A stretch of 64,000 bases of DNA from Bacteroidota bacterium (GTDB lineage Bacteria; Bacteroidota; Ignavibacteria; Kapaibacteriales; Kapaibacteriaceae): contig JBEAYU010000030.1 in NCBI GenBank assembly GCA_041170435.1, positions 1,769 to 65,768 of the forward strand. Reading direction: 5' to 3'. Below, in pieces: positions 1 to 8,207 of this stretch. Each line of letters begins with the position of its first letter. Positions within the stretch are counted from its first letter, which is position 1. The translations under genes were made by a program, and so were the position numbers. The notes beneath the pieces are model-generated. The model ran no database searches, was not told the origin of the DNA, and saw nothing but the letters and a program-made list of their open reading frames with translations.

Positions 1-3
1 GAC

Positions 4-603
4 GTGGAATCATTGTCGAAGTCCGAGCTCTTCGATATGCGCCGCCGCATCGGATATGTCTTTCAGGGGGCTGCCCTTTTCGATTCGTTGACGGTGTTCG
101 AAAACGTCATCATCAGTCTCGTTGAACACGGCGTGACAGATACGGCACACATTGATGCAGAGGCACGACGCGTGCTGAGTGCCGTGGGACTGCTACCACC
201 GGTCAACGGCAATGGCAGTGCCGACTACGAGCGTGAGTTCGCCAACCTCGCCGCTAAAAAGCCCAGCGACCTCTCCGGTGGTATGCGAAAGCGTGTTGGT
301 GTGGCGCGCGCGCTGGTGGGGCAACCCGAGTACATCTTCTATGATGAACCGACAACCGGCTTGGACCCTGTCACGTCGCAGCAGATCGACGATCTGCTGC
401 ATGATCTGGCAGGAAAGTACCACGTAACCTCTGTGGTGATCACTCACGATATGTTCAGCGTTTATAACGTCGCTGACCACGTGATCATGCTCCATGACGG
501 AGTTGTGCGATTCACCGGCTCCGTGGCCGAGCTTCAGGCCTCGACGGATCCGATCGTTGTGGAGTTCCTTGCACGCTTTGTTCCTGCCGGATCGTCGGTG
601 TAA
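4..603 (+). CDS. mlaF: ABC transporter ATP-binding protein, MlaF/Mkl family (5' part lies outside the window)
   Basis: IGYVFQGAALFDSLTVFENV Q-loop, LSGGMRKRVGVARAL signature, FYDEPTTGLDP Walker B, VITHD H-loop. No Walker A, so N-terminally truncated by the window edge. Confidence 0.85.
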   Translation: MESLSKSELFDMRRRIGYVFQGAALFDSLTVFENVIISLVEHGVTDTAHIDAEARRVLSAVGLLPPVNGNGSADYEREFANLAAKKPSDLSGGMRKRVGVARALVGQPEYIFYDEPTTGLDPVTSQQIDDLLHDLAGKYHVTSVVITHDMFSVYNVADHVIMLHDGVVRFTGSVAELQASTDPIVVEFLARFVPAGSSV

Positions 604-634
604 CTATCACTCCCGATTGCGTGTTCTGGAAACC

Positions 635-3600
635 ATGCTCTCACCACAGCATCCATATCGCCCTCTGACATTGGCCCGAGTTTACTTTGCGGCAGTTCTC
701 CTGTTATGCATACTGGTAGCTCCGTCCGTTCTGACTGCTCAGATCACCATGACGGGCGTTGCCATTCCCGGCGTCGGGTCGTTCATCGACGTGTCTTCGT
801 TTCCTCGCGTCACGGTACGTTTTCGTGCCACGCGCAATGGGCAGCCGGTGACCCTGACGGACAGAGATGTCTATATGCAGGAGAGCAACCGATTCATGCG
901 GATCTCGGAGATTACCCCGGACGGTACCGGTATCTGGCGTGTCGTGTTCACGGCCTCGACCTTCAGTCCGCGTATCAATGTCTTTCCGACCCTCGCCGAA
1001 GGTGGTGCAACGCTCTACGCTGTCAACAACGGAGAGGTTGGCGTTTTTCCCTTGACCTGGTCTGTGAACCCCAACCGCGGCGGAAACGTCTTCATATGCG
1101 ATAGTTCGTTTCGACGACTTCCGCTGTTTCTTGACCTTGGCGATGTCGCCGTCGGTAGCGAGTCGCTCACAAAGCTCAACATTCGAACTTTTGCCGCCAC
1201 GCGCGATGCCAACGGAAACGAGCGGCGGTTGTTCATCGACTCCATCCTAACGACCAGCGGTGATTTCTCGATCGTCTGGAAGCGCACCTATGGCTCAAAG
1301 CCACCGCCGGTCGAGGTGGACGTTGGTACGGACTACCGCTTCGATCTGATCTTCCGACCGAGCAAGCCCGGCCCGGTCAGCGACGTGCTGACGGTGGTCT
1401 ATGAAGGTGGCCAACGTCACTCTCTCATGCTGTTTGCCAACACGCCAACCTATCAGCCATCGACGCTGCTACAGTTGATCAGCCCCAATGGTGGGGAGCG
1501 TATCGCCCCCTGCCAGCGCCTGCCTATCACGTGGAAAGGGGCGATCCAGGGTTTCTCCACGTACGTCGAGTACTCGCTCAACAACGGTCGTTCTTGGAGA
1601 TTCATCGATTCGACGTTGGACTCATCAGTTGTTTGGGATGTTCCGCGCGAGTACACCGACAGTCTGCGAATCCGTGTGTACCAGAAGCAGGGAGCTTCGG
1701 ACGCGCGTTGGCTGGCCGGCGAACGTTCTCAGGCCACAAACCTTGCATTCTCGAGCGACGGACGATACATCAGCACTGCCTATCAGAATGGTGCCGTTCT
1801 TGAGTGGGACATCAGAACATCTCAGATCGTGAACAAGTATCTGGTGGAGGGCACCACCATTCCGGGTGTCAAGATCACGGCGCTCAGTTACGCGGGCTCA
1901 ACGCGAGATCTGCTTGCGGTGGTGAACAGACCGGCTCCGGCACGTGACCAGATCGTGCGCTTGACCACGGGCAGGGAGAGTCCAACAGCCAGCGTCGATG
2001 CCGACATTCCGGAGGTGACGGAGGTCTGCGCCAATGCTGCAGGAAACACGGTGTATGTGGCCGGCCCTCTGACGGCCAGCGTGCGTGTTCATGATGGTGC
2101 GTCGCTTGCCCTGCGTTCGGGCATTGCATTGGATGCCCCCATCTCGGCGGTTCGCTTTGCCGACAGTTTGATCAATGTGTCGCTCATCAGCGGTGACGTC
2201 ATCCGTGTTTCGCCGGAGACTGGTACTGTGGATGCACGTTATCCAACGACGTTGTTGCGCATGGGTGCACCGTTGATGCAGACGCTCACCGTTTCTCGCT
2301 CGAATGGTCTCATTGCCCTTGCCGGCGTTGCCGATGCAGGGTCGGGTACTTCACCCCAGGAACAGCGGACGTTTCTCTATGACACGCGCACCTCGGCGCT
2401 GATCCGAGTGATCTACCGAGAGGGCTTGAACCTTGTTGGTGTGACGATCAATCCGAGTGAGACCTTCGTTACCCTCGGTGCTCAGGGTCAGCCGCAGATT
2501 CAGCAGTACGATGTGCAACTACGTCGCATGCTGGGAGGCATTCCCGGAATGCCCGGACACAATCTCTTGATGAACGACATCGAGTACGGTCCCGACGGAT
2601 CGACCCTCGCATCGTGCTCGAATGACCTCCAGCAGAATCTTCTTCTTCGGCGCATCATCAATCCTGAGACGGACGTTAGCGACGGGGTGCTGGCGATCAT
2701 GCCCCCAGACATGTCAACACCTACGATATCGTTCGGAGATCAACTCATCGGATCACAGATCGATACGCTCATCACCGGTGAGATCTGCAATCGCGGTGCG
2801 GTGTCGGCCATCTTCAATACTGGCGGGCTTCAGGACTCGCTTTGGGTAACGATGCCCGATGCGTTCCGTGCCGACACGGTAGCGCCGGGCGAGTGCATTC
2901 CGTTGCGATTCCGTGCAGTACCCCGCGATACGGGTCTTCTGACCGACACCTTTGAATTGAGGGCGTGCGACCGCACGATTCGTGTTCCGCTGCGCATTCG
3001 TTCGGTGGACCGAGACCTGACGACCTTTGGTGACCTGACAACGTTCGGCGATGTCTGCTTGGGAGATACCGCGGGCCGCACCTTTGTGGTCATTCGCAAT
3101 AATGATCCTGTGCCTGTAGTGATCGACGGCATGTTCATGCGAAAGGGAACAGCCTCGCAATTCCGTATCCGAGGCTTCACGCCCGGTGTGCGGCTTGCAT
3201 CGGGCGCGACCATCCAGATCGAGGTTCTCTTTCTGCCACGGCGGCGAGGTAACGATACCGATGAGGTCGTGATCGCTTATGCCGGCCAGAACGTGCTGTA
3301 CCGTTCGATCCGTGTAACGGGCCGTGGAGCTGGCGACGAGATCTCCGTTTCCCATCCGATCCTGGCCTTCATCCCAGAGCGTCTACGACGCAGTATGGTT
3401 CTTCGAAACCGTTCAGCCTCGCCGGCCACTCTCTCTGAGGTAACGCTCACGGCAGATGCTCCGTTCACGACGGATCTTGTTGTTCCGACGGTCATTCCGC
3501 CGGGTGATTCATTGGTGTTCACCGTCACACATGATGGTCGCCCCATCAGTGGTAATGACTTCTTGACCTTCCGCTTTACGCCGTGTGCAGTCAACGCGCA

Positions 3601-4309
3601 GGTTCGGCTGATGGCATATTCCGGTACGGCTGTCGTGCGTCCGCAAAGTGTAAAGGTGGATCCGCGGCAGATCGTCCGCATTCCGATCCTCACGTCTGTG
3701 ACGGAGAACGTCCGATACGATGGCATTCGCCCCCTTGAGGCGATCGTTGACATGGATGAATATCACTTCCTAGCGCAGAGCATCGAAGTGCAAGGGGGCT
3801 CGGGAGAGATCCTTTCGCAAGACGTCGGTAATGGCCGACGTCGCATTCGCATCAAGGTAGAGCGATCATTCAATCGACAGGACACGGCCATCTGGCTTGT
3901 CGGTCCGGCCGGAATTGGTCAGCAGGACTCATCGACCATGTTTGTCGATACGACGTCTGCAGGTTTCAGTCAGGTTGTTTCGACCACCTATGGGTCGGCT
4001 CTTCTGAGAATCGCCAATCCCGACCCGTCACGGCATTTCCGGTTCCCAACCGGCCCTATCATTGGCGGCATTGTTCCGAATCCATCGTCCGATCGCGTCT
4101 CGATCGGTATCACGTCAGACCGCGATGAATCGGCTCGTCTTCGCATCATCGACGCTCAGGGCATCGTGGTTGCGGATGTCGATCTCTTCGTGCCAACTGG
4201 CAAGGTCGACCACAGCATCGATCTTCTAAGCCTCCGCAGCGGAGCCTACCGCGTGGTCCTCGATGCCAACGGACGTGTTTCATCGGCAGCCTTGATGGTG
4301 ATTCGATGA
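635..4309 (+). CDS. T9SS-secreted protein: signal peptide, WD40 beta-propeller, several Ig-like (choice-of-anchor D/ASH-type) domains, C-terminal sorting domain
   Basis: ATG at 635 preferred over 494, which overlaps the upstream gene. Hydrophobic signal ending VLTA-Q; WD40-like motifs (LAFSSDGRYI..WDI, IEYGPDGSTLASCS); Ig-like repeats (FGDQLIG..ICNRG, FGDVCLG..IRNND); CTD IVPNPSS..LRSGAYRVVL..LMVIR. Confidence 0.8.
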   Translation: MLSPQHPYRPLTLARVYFAAVLLLCILVAPSVLTAQITMTGVAIPGVGSFIDVSSFPRVTVRFRATRNGQPVTLTDRDVYMQESNRFMRISEITPDGTGIWRVVFTASTFSPRINVFPTLAEGGATLYAVNNGEVGVFPLTWSVNPNRGGNVFICDSSFRRLPLFLDLGDVAVGSESLTKLNIRTFAATRDANGNERRLFIDSILTTSGDFSIVWKRTYGSKPPPVEVDVGTDYRFDLIFRPSKPGPVSDVLTVVYEGGQRHSLMLFANTPTYQPSTLLQLISPNGGERIAPCQRLPITWKGAIQGFSTYVEYSLNNGRSWRFIDSTLDSSVVWDVPREYTDSLRIRVYQKQGASDARWLAGERSQATNLAFSSDGRYISTAYQNGAVLEWDIRTSQIVNKYLVEGTTIPGVKITALSYAGSTRDLLAVVNRPAPARDQIVRLTTGRESPTASVDADIPEVTEVCANAAGNTVYVAGPLTASVRVHDGASLALRSGIALDAPISAVRFADSLINVSLISGDVIRVSPETGTVDARYPTTLLRMGAPLMQTLTVSRSNGLIALAGVADAGSGTSPQEQRTFLYDTRTSALIRVIYREGLNLVGVTINPSETFVTLGAQGQPQIQQYDVQLRRMLGGIPGMPGHNLLMNDIEYGPDGSTLASCSNDLQQNLLLRRIINPETDVSDGVLAIMPPDMSTPTISFGDQLIGSQIDTLITGEICNRGAVSAIFNTGGLQDSLWVTMPDAFRADTVAPGECIPLRFRAVPRDTGLLTDTFELRACDRTIRVPLRIRSVDRDLTTFGDLTTFGDVCLGDTAGRTFVVIRNNDPVPVVIDGMFMRKGTASQFRIRGFTPGVRLASGATIQIEVLFLPRRRGNDTDEVVIAYAGQNVLYRSIRVTGRGAGDEISVSHPILAFIPERLRRSMVLRNRSASPATLSEVTLTADAPFTTDLVVPTVIPPGDSLVFTVTHDGRPISGNDFLTFRFTPCAVNAQVRLMAYSGTAVVRPQSVKVDPRQIVRIPILTSVTENVRYDGIRPLEAIVDMDEYHFLAQSIEVQGGSGEILSQDVGNGRRRIRIKVERSFNRQDTAIWLVGPAGIGQQDSSTMFVDTTSAGFSQVVSTTYGSALLRIANPDPSRHFRFPTGPIIGGIVPNPSSDRVSIGITSDRDESARLRIIDAQGIVVADVDLFVPTGKVDHSIDLLSLRSGAYRVVLDANGRVSSAALMVIR

Positions 4310-6201
4310 GGGCTGGAATGCTTGCTTTGGCCGTCATGATGGTTGGCCTGCAGAACGTACATGGACAGACTGATTCTGGCCTAACGCGATTCGGTGTGCA
4401 GGCTGATGTGTCGGTGGGATACAACATTCACATCTCCGACTTCCGCCGAATCGACCCGCGTTTCCCCTCATGTTGCGCCACCTTCACTATCGGTAGCGGT
4501 ATTGGGCCGTCGGTTGGTGCGTCGATAACGTACGATCTTGGCACAACCCTCGCTAATGAGCCCATCCGCATTGGTACTCGGGTGTCTTGGATGGATCTGT
4601 CGGCGTCGTTTGTCGAGGACGAGTTCATTTCATACGTCATCCGCGGATCAACCTTTTCCGAGGGGATCTCGCGCCATACCGTCACGGCCTCGTATGGCGT
4701 CATGGGCATTGAGCCGTTTGTTAGCGCGCGCCCCCTGACATCCCTGCCTCTTCGGGTTCGGCTCGGGGGCATGATCGGTGTGCCACTTGGTCCGGCCTTT
4801 TCACAGCAAGAAGAACTCGTCGAGCCAACAAATGCGGGAGTGACCTTCGACGATGGATCGCGAACCCGGAATGTGTTCAGTGGCGACCTGCCGGATGCAT
4901 CGACTCAGGTCTTTGCAACCATTGCAGCATCGTGGCCGCTTATGTTTCAATCCGGACTCGAGATCTCTCCGGAGATCGGCTATCAGTTTGGGCTGACGAA
5001 TATGACCTCGTCGTTACAGTGGTCGGCATCATCGCTGCGTCTGGGCGCATCGGTTCGCTATGCTATTCCAAAACCACCACTACCGCCACCACCGCCACCA
5101 CCACCACCGCCAGTGGTAGAGCCACGCGTGCCGACGTTGTCATCGCGCATAGTCTTTGCCACGGAGGCTGACACTCTGGTGGTTCCGATGATCAGGCGAA
5201 TGGTGGTCAAGACCGCGTATGATGCGCCGTCGGTGCTCTTTTTCGAGGCAAACTCAACCACACCTCTTGTCGGAGAGACTGAACGCGACCGATTGCAACA
5301 GCGCACCATTGAGGCCGTGCGTGAAGCTATGGCTTCCAATGCCTCGTTGCGTGTCACGATCGTCGGTTCCGCCGCGGCGGATGAGCCGGCAGTGCTTGCA
5401 CGAGAAAGGTTCCTGTGGGCCATTCGGCAGCTTGGAGTTGACGCCGCGAGGATCGCCGTTCGAACCGAGAATCCGGCCATGCCGGGAGACTCTGTTCTTC
5501 TCGATGAGCACAGAAGCGTGACGTTCCTGTTGAATGATCGCCCGGCGGTGCTTGCCGCAACTGAGTCGTACCAAAGTGAAACGCTCGTGCCCGGTCGCGT
5601 CGAGTTCGCCCACGTGATGACATGCGATACGACGTGCCAGCAAAGCGTCGTTGGTGATCTCGACGGAACCCCGCTACTTCTGAGCGGCTCGGGGCCCACA
5701 TATTCGGTGACGCTGGATACGGCGATGATCGGTCATGGAAGTGGTCGACTGAGGATCAGCTCTTCCGTCAACGTCGGCGCCTTTCTCGTTGAGGATCGCC
5801 AGGAGCGCATCCTCAAAGCGGGATACTATGACAGCACGGTAACACTGCGGCGTGTGGTCGATTCGTTCGTCACCGGAGCATCATTGGCTCGGATTCTTTG
5901 CTACTTCGACTTCAACAGCTCGGCACTGCTTAATGTAAATGAGCGCGAGTTAGACGTTGTGCGAGCTGCGCTTCGGACCGGTTCCGAGGTCACGCTTGTA
6001 GCCTCCACAGATAACATTGGCACAGTCGAATCGAACAAGGGTCTTGCCCGCAAGCGCGCTGAAGCCGTGGCTGAACTTCTGGGTGCGGATGCTTCACGCA
6101 TACGCTTCGAGACGATCGTCACACAGGACGAGGTCAATCGCACACCGATGGGACGTGTTGGTAACCGCTGCGTGCGTGCCATTATCAAGGAGCGGCGATA
6201 A
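4306..6201 (+). CDS. OmpA-family outer membrane protein: N-terminal beta-barrel, polyproline linker, two OmpA-like domains
   Basis: Signal peptide VHG-Q; alternating beta-strands ending LRLGASVRY; ten consecutive Pro; OmpA-like motifs (LFFEANS.., YFDFNSS..STDNIG..NKGLARKRAEAV..NRCV); ATGA overlap with the upstream gene. Confidence 0.8.
   Translation: MRAGMLALAVMMVGLQNVHGQTDSGLTRFGVQADVSVGYNIHISDFRRIDPRFPSCCATFTIGSGIGPSVGASITYDLGTTLANEPIRIGTRVSWMDLSASFVEDEFISYVIRGSTFSEGISRHTVTASYGVMGIEPFVSARPLTSLPLRVRLGGMIGVPLGPAFSQQEELVEPTNAGVTFDDGSRTRNVFSGDLPDASTQVFATIAASWPLMFQSGLEISPEIGYQFGLTNMTSSLQWSASSLRLGASVRYAIPKPPLPPPPPPPPPPVVEPRVPTLSSRIVFATEADTLVVPMIRRMVVKTAYDAPSVLFFEANSTTPLVGETERDRLQQRTIEAVREAMASNASLRVTIVGSAAADEPAVLARERFLWAIRQLGVDAARIAVRTENPAMPGDSVLLDEHRSVTFLLNDRPAVLAATESYQSETLVPGRVEFAHVMTCDTTCQQSVVGDLDGTPLLLSGSGPTYSVTLDTAMIGHGSGRLRISSSVNVGAFLVEDRQERILKAGYYDSTVTLRRVVDSFVTGASLARILCYFDFNSSALLNVNERELDVVRAALRTGSEVTLVASTDNIGTVESNKGLARKRAEAVAELLGADASRIRFETIVTQDEVNRTPMGRVGNRCVRAIIKERR
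5068..5112 (+). repeat. (CCA/CCG)n trinucleotide tract encoding a polyproline linker
   Basis: ccaaaaccaccactaccgccaccaccgccaccaccaccaccgcca; ten consecutive Pro codons at 5083-5112. Confidence 0.85.
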
Positions 6202-7361
6202 TGTTGTCGCGTGCTGACTTCATCCTTCGCGAAGACGTGATCTTTCTCAATCATGGATCGTTTGGCGCATGCCCCCGGGTGATCCTCGACGAGCAACGCC
6301 GGTGGATCGAGCAGCTTGAGCAACAACCGGTCCTGTACTTCCGCGACTTGATGCATCACATGCGCGTGGCGCGCCAGTCCTTGGCCGAGTACCTTGGTTC
6401 CGATCTTGAGGGACTTGCCTACGTCTCGAACTCGACCTACGGTGTGAATGTTGCGGCGCGTGCATTCGGTTCGATGTTGAAGCCCGGTGATGAGATCATC
6501 ACGACGGATCATGAGTATGGAGCCTGTGATCGTGCATGGAGGCAGTATGCGATCGATAAGGGGGCTGTGTGGCGTCGTATCTCCATACCGATGCCAGCGC
6601 CATGCATCGATGATCTTCTTGAACTGATCTGGTCCGGCGTCACCGAGCGGACACGGTTGATCTTCATTAGTCATATCACCAGCCCCACAGGCATTCGGAT
6701 GCCTGTTGAGCAATTGTGCGAACGTGCACGCCAGGCAGGTATCATTACCGTAATCGATGGATCTCATGTGCCGGGCCACATCGCGCTCAACCTTTCAGAG
6801 CTGGGCGCTGATTTCTATACGGGGAACTGTCATAAGTGGATGTGCACGCCCAAGGGGTCGGCCTTCATGTGGGCTTCCGAACAATTCCGAGAGCACATTG
6901 ACCCGCTCGTGGTCAGCTGGGGTGCAGACATTCCGACGGTGGGAGACGGCCGGTTCATCGATGAAAACGAGTTTCTCGGTACGCGCGATCATAGCCCATT
7001 TCTCTGCGTGCCGTTTGCGTTGGACTGGATGCGGCGCTCGCAATGGGAGGACGTCCAGCGTAGGTGTCGGACGTTGACCGGTGCAACGGAGTCCGAGCTG
7101 ACCACCATTCGTGGAATCACCTCAATACGAGAGGAAGGAGCAGATCCCATGCTACAGCTTGGGACCGTACTCCTTCCGGCAAACGTTGATGTTATGGCGA
7201 TGAAGAACTGGCTCTATGACCAGTGCTTCATCGAGGTCGTGGTTCATGAATGGCTGGCTCGGCCGATCCTAAGGTTCAGCGTTCACGCCCACACATCAGA
7301 GGCAGACCTCCGGGTACTTGTCGAATCAGTTCGACAATACCTGGGAACCGTCACTTCGTGA
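6201..7361 (+). CDS. Class V PLP-dependent aminotransferase (isopenicillin N epimerase / C-S lyase-like)
   Basis: FLNHGSFGACP, TTDHEYGA, SHITSPTG, IDGSHVPG, GNCHKWMCTPKG (PLP lysine); TAATG coupling to the upstream gene. Confidence 0.85.
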   Translation: MLSRADFILREDVIFLNHGSFGACPRVILDEQRRWIEQLEQQPVLYFRDLMHHMRVARQSLAEYLGSDLEGLAYVSNSTYGVNVAARAFGSMLKPGDEIITTDHEYGACDRAWRQYAIDKGAVWRRISIPMPAPCIDDLLELIWSGVTERTRLIFISHITSPTGIRMPVEQLCERARQAGIITVIDGSHVPGHIALNLSELGADFYTGNCHKWMCTPKGSAFMWASEQFREHIDPLVVSWGADIPTVGDGRFIDENEFLGTRDHSPFLCVPFALDWMRRSQWEDVQRRCRTLTGATESELTTIRGITSIREEGADPMLQLGTVLLPANVDVMAMKNWLYDQCFIEVVVHEWLARPILRFSVHAHTSEADLRVLVESVRQYLGTVTS

Positions 7362-7557
7362 TGTTCTTCTCGGCTCGGATGTGGCCGATGAATGCATCCA
7401 TAAAGCTGAGCGAGTCCGGCAGATTGAGACTCATGACGCCCCCTCCCTGAACTTCGATGTCGACATAGATCTCGGCCGTATTGAAGCTGCAGTTGACGCG
7501 GGCATTGAGAATGTCCGCATAAGGGATGCTGTGCTCGCCGAAGTGCAGAATAGTCAT
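7351..7557 (-). CDS. Small hypothetical protein (68 aa)
   Basis: Follows upp on the same strand, with AAAGGA 7 nt upstream of the ATG; fills the gap exactly; protein-like composition. Confidence 0.6.
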   Translation of the reverse strand: MTILHFGEHSIPYADILNARVNCSFNTAEIYVDIEVQGGGVMSLNLPDSLSFMDAFIGHIRAEKNITK

Positions 7558-7584
7558 GGGAAGGTCCTTTCGGAAAAAAGATGA

Positions 7585-8205
7585 TTATGACGTTCCGAAG
7601 AGGCGATCACCGGCATCGCCCAAACCCGGAACAATGTAGCCAAGTGAGTTAAGTTCACGGTCTTTCGCGGCACAGAAGAGTGCCACGTCGGGATGCTCCG
7701 ACTCGATCGTGGCGATCCCCTCAGGAGAGGCGATCAGGCAGGCAGCCATCAGACGTTGATGAGGCATGGGGCGAAGCATCGAAAATGTGGCGCTCATGCT
7801 CCCGCCAGTGGCCAACATTGGGTCGAGCACAATGAACGTTGTCGCCGGATCCGAGGGAGGCAGGTTTCTGTAGTACTCGTGCGGTTCGAGTGTCTCCTCG
7901 TTACGCTTCAGGCCGATGAAGCCCACCGATGCCTGCGGACACAACGCGATGAATGGATCAAGGATCCCCATGCCAGCGCGCAAGATGGGCACCAACACGA
8001 CGTGTCCGTCGATGACGTTGCAGGAGGTCGTCTCCAGAGGTGTGGCAACGTCGATCGTCCGCGCAGGTAGCGCATTCAGTGTTGCCGATGCCAGGTGCAA
8101 TCCGATTCTATGAACGGCCGTGCGAAAGACATCGATGGGAGCGTCCTTTGCTCGAATCGTTGCCAAGTCTGTGGACAGGGCCGTACCAGAGAGGATGACG
8201 GCCAT
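7585..8205 (-). CDS. upp: Uracil phosphoribosyltransferase
   Basis: VPILRAGMG, RNEETLEP, LDPMLATGGS (PRPP loop), YIVPGLGDAGDRLFGT. Confidence 0.97.
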   Translation of the reverse strand: MAVILSGTALSTDLATIRAKDAPIDVFRTAVHRIGLHLASATLNALPARTIDVATPLETTSCNVIDGHVVLVPILRAGMGILDPFIALCPQASVGFIGLKRNEETLEPHEYYRNLPPSDPATTFIVLDPMLATGGSMSATFSMLRPMPHQRLMAACLIASPEGIATIESEHPDVALFCAAKDRELNSLGYIVPGLGDAGDRLFGTS

Positions 8206-8207
8206 GA

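Noticed and set aside
494-634. Upstream extensions in the ORF track (e.g. starts 494, 12109, 22985, 36852, 37059, 42515, 48322)
   Set aside because: They overlap neighbouring genes, promoters or terminators and precede the family-typical N-termini; downstream starts were used instead.
5068-5112. Phase-variable simple sequence repeat
   Set aside because: Trinucleotide, interrupted and in frame; fully explained by a polyproline linker.
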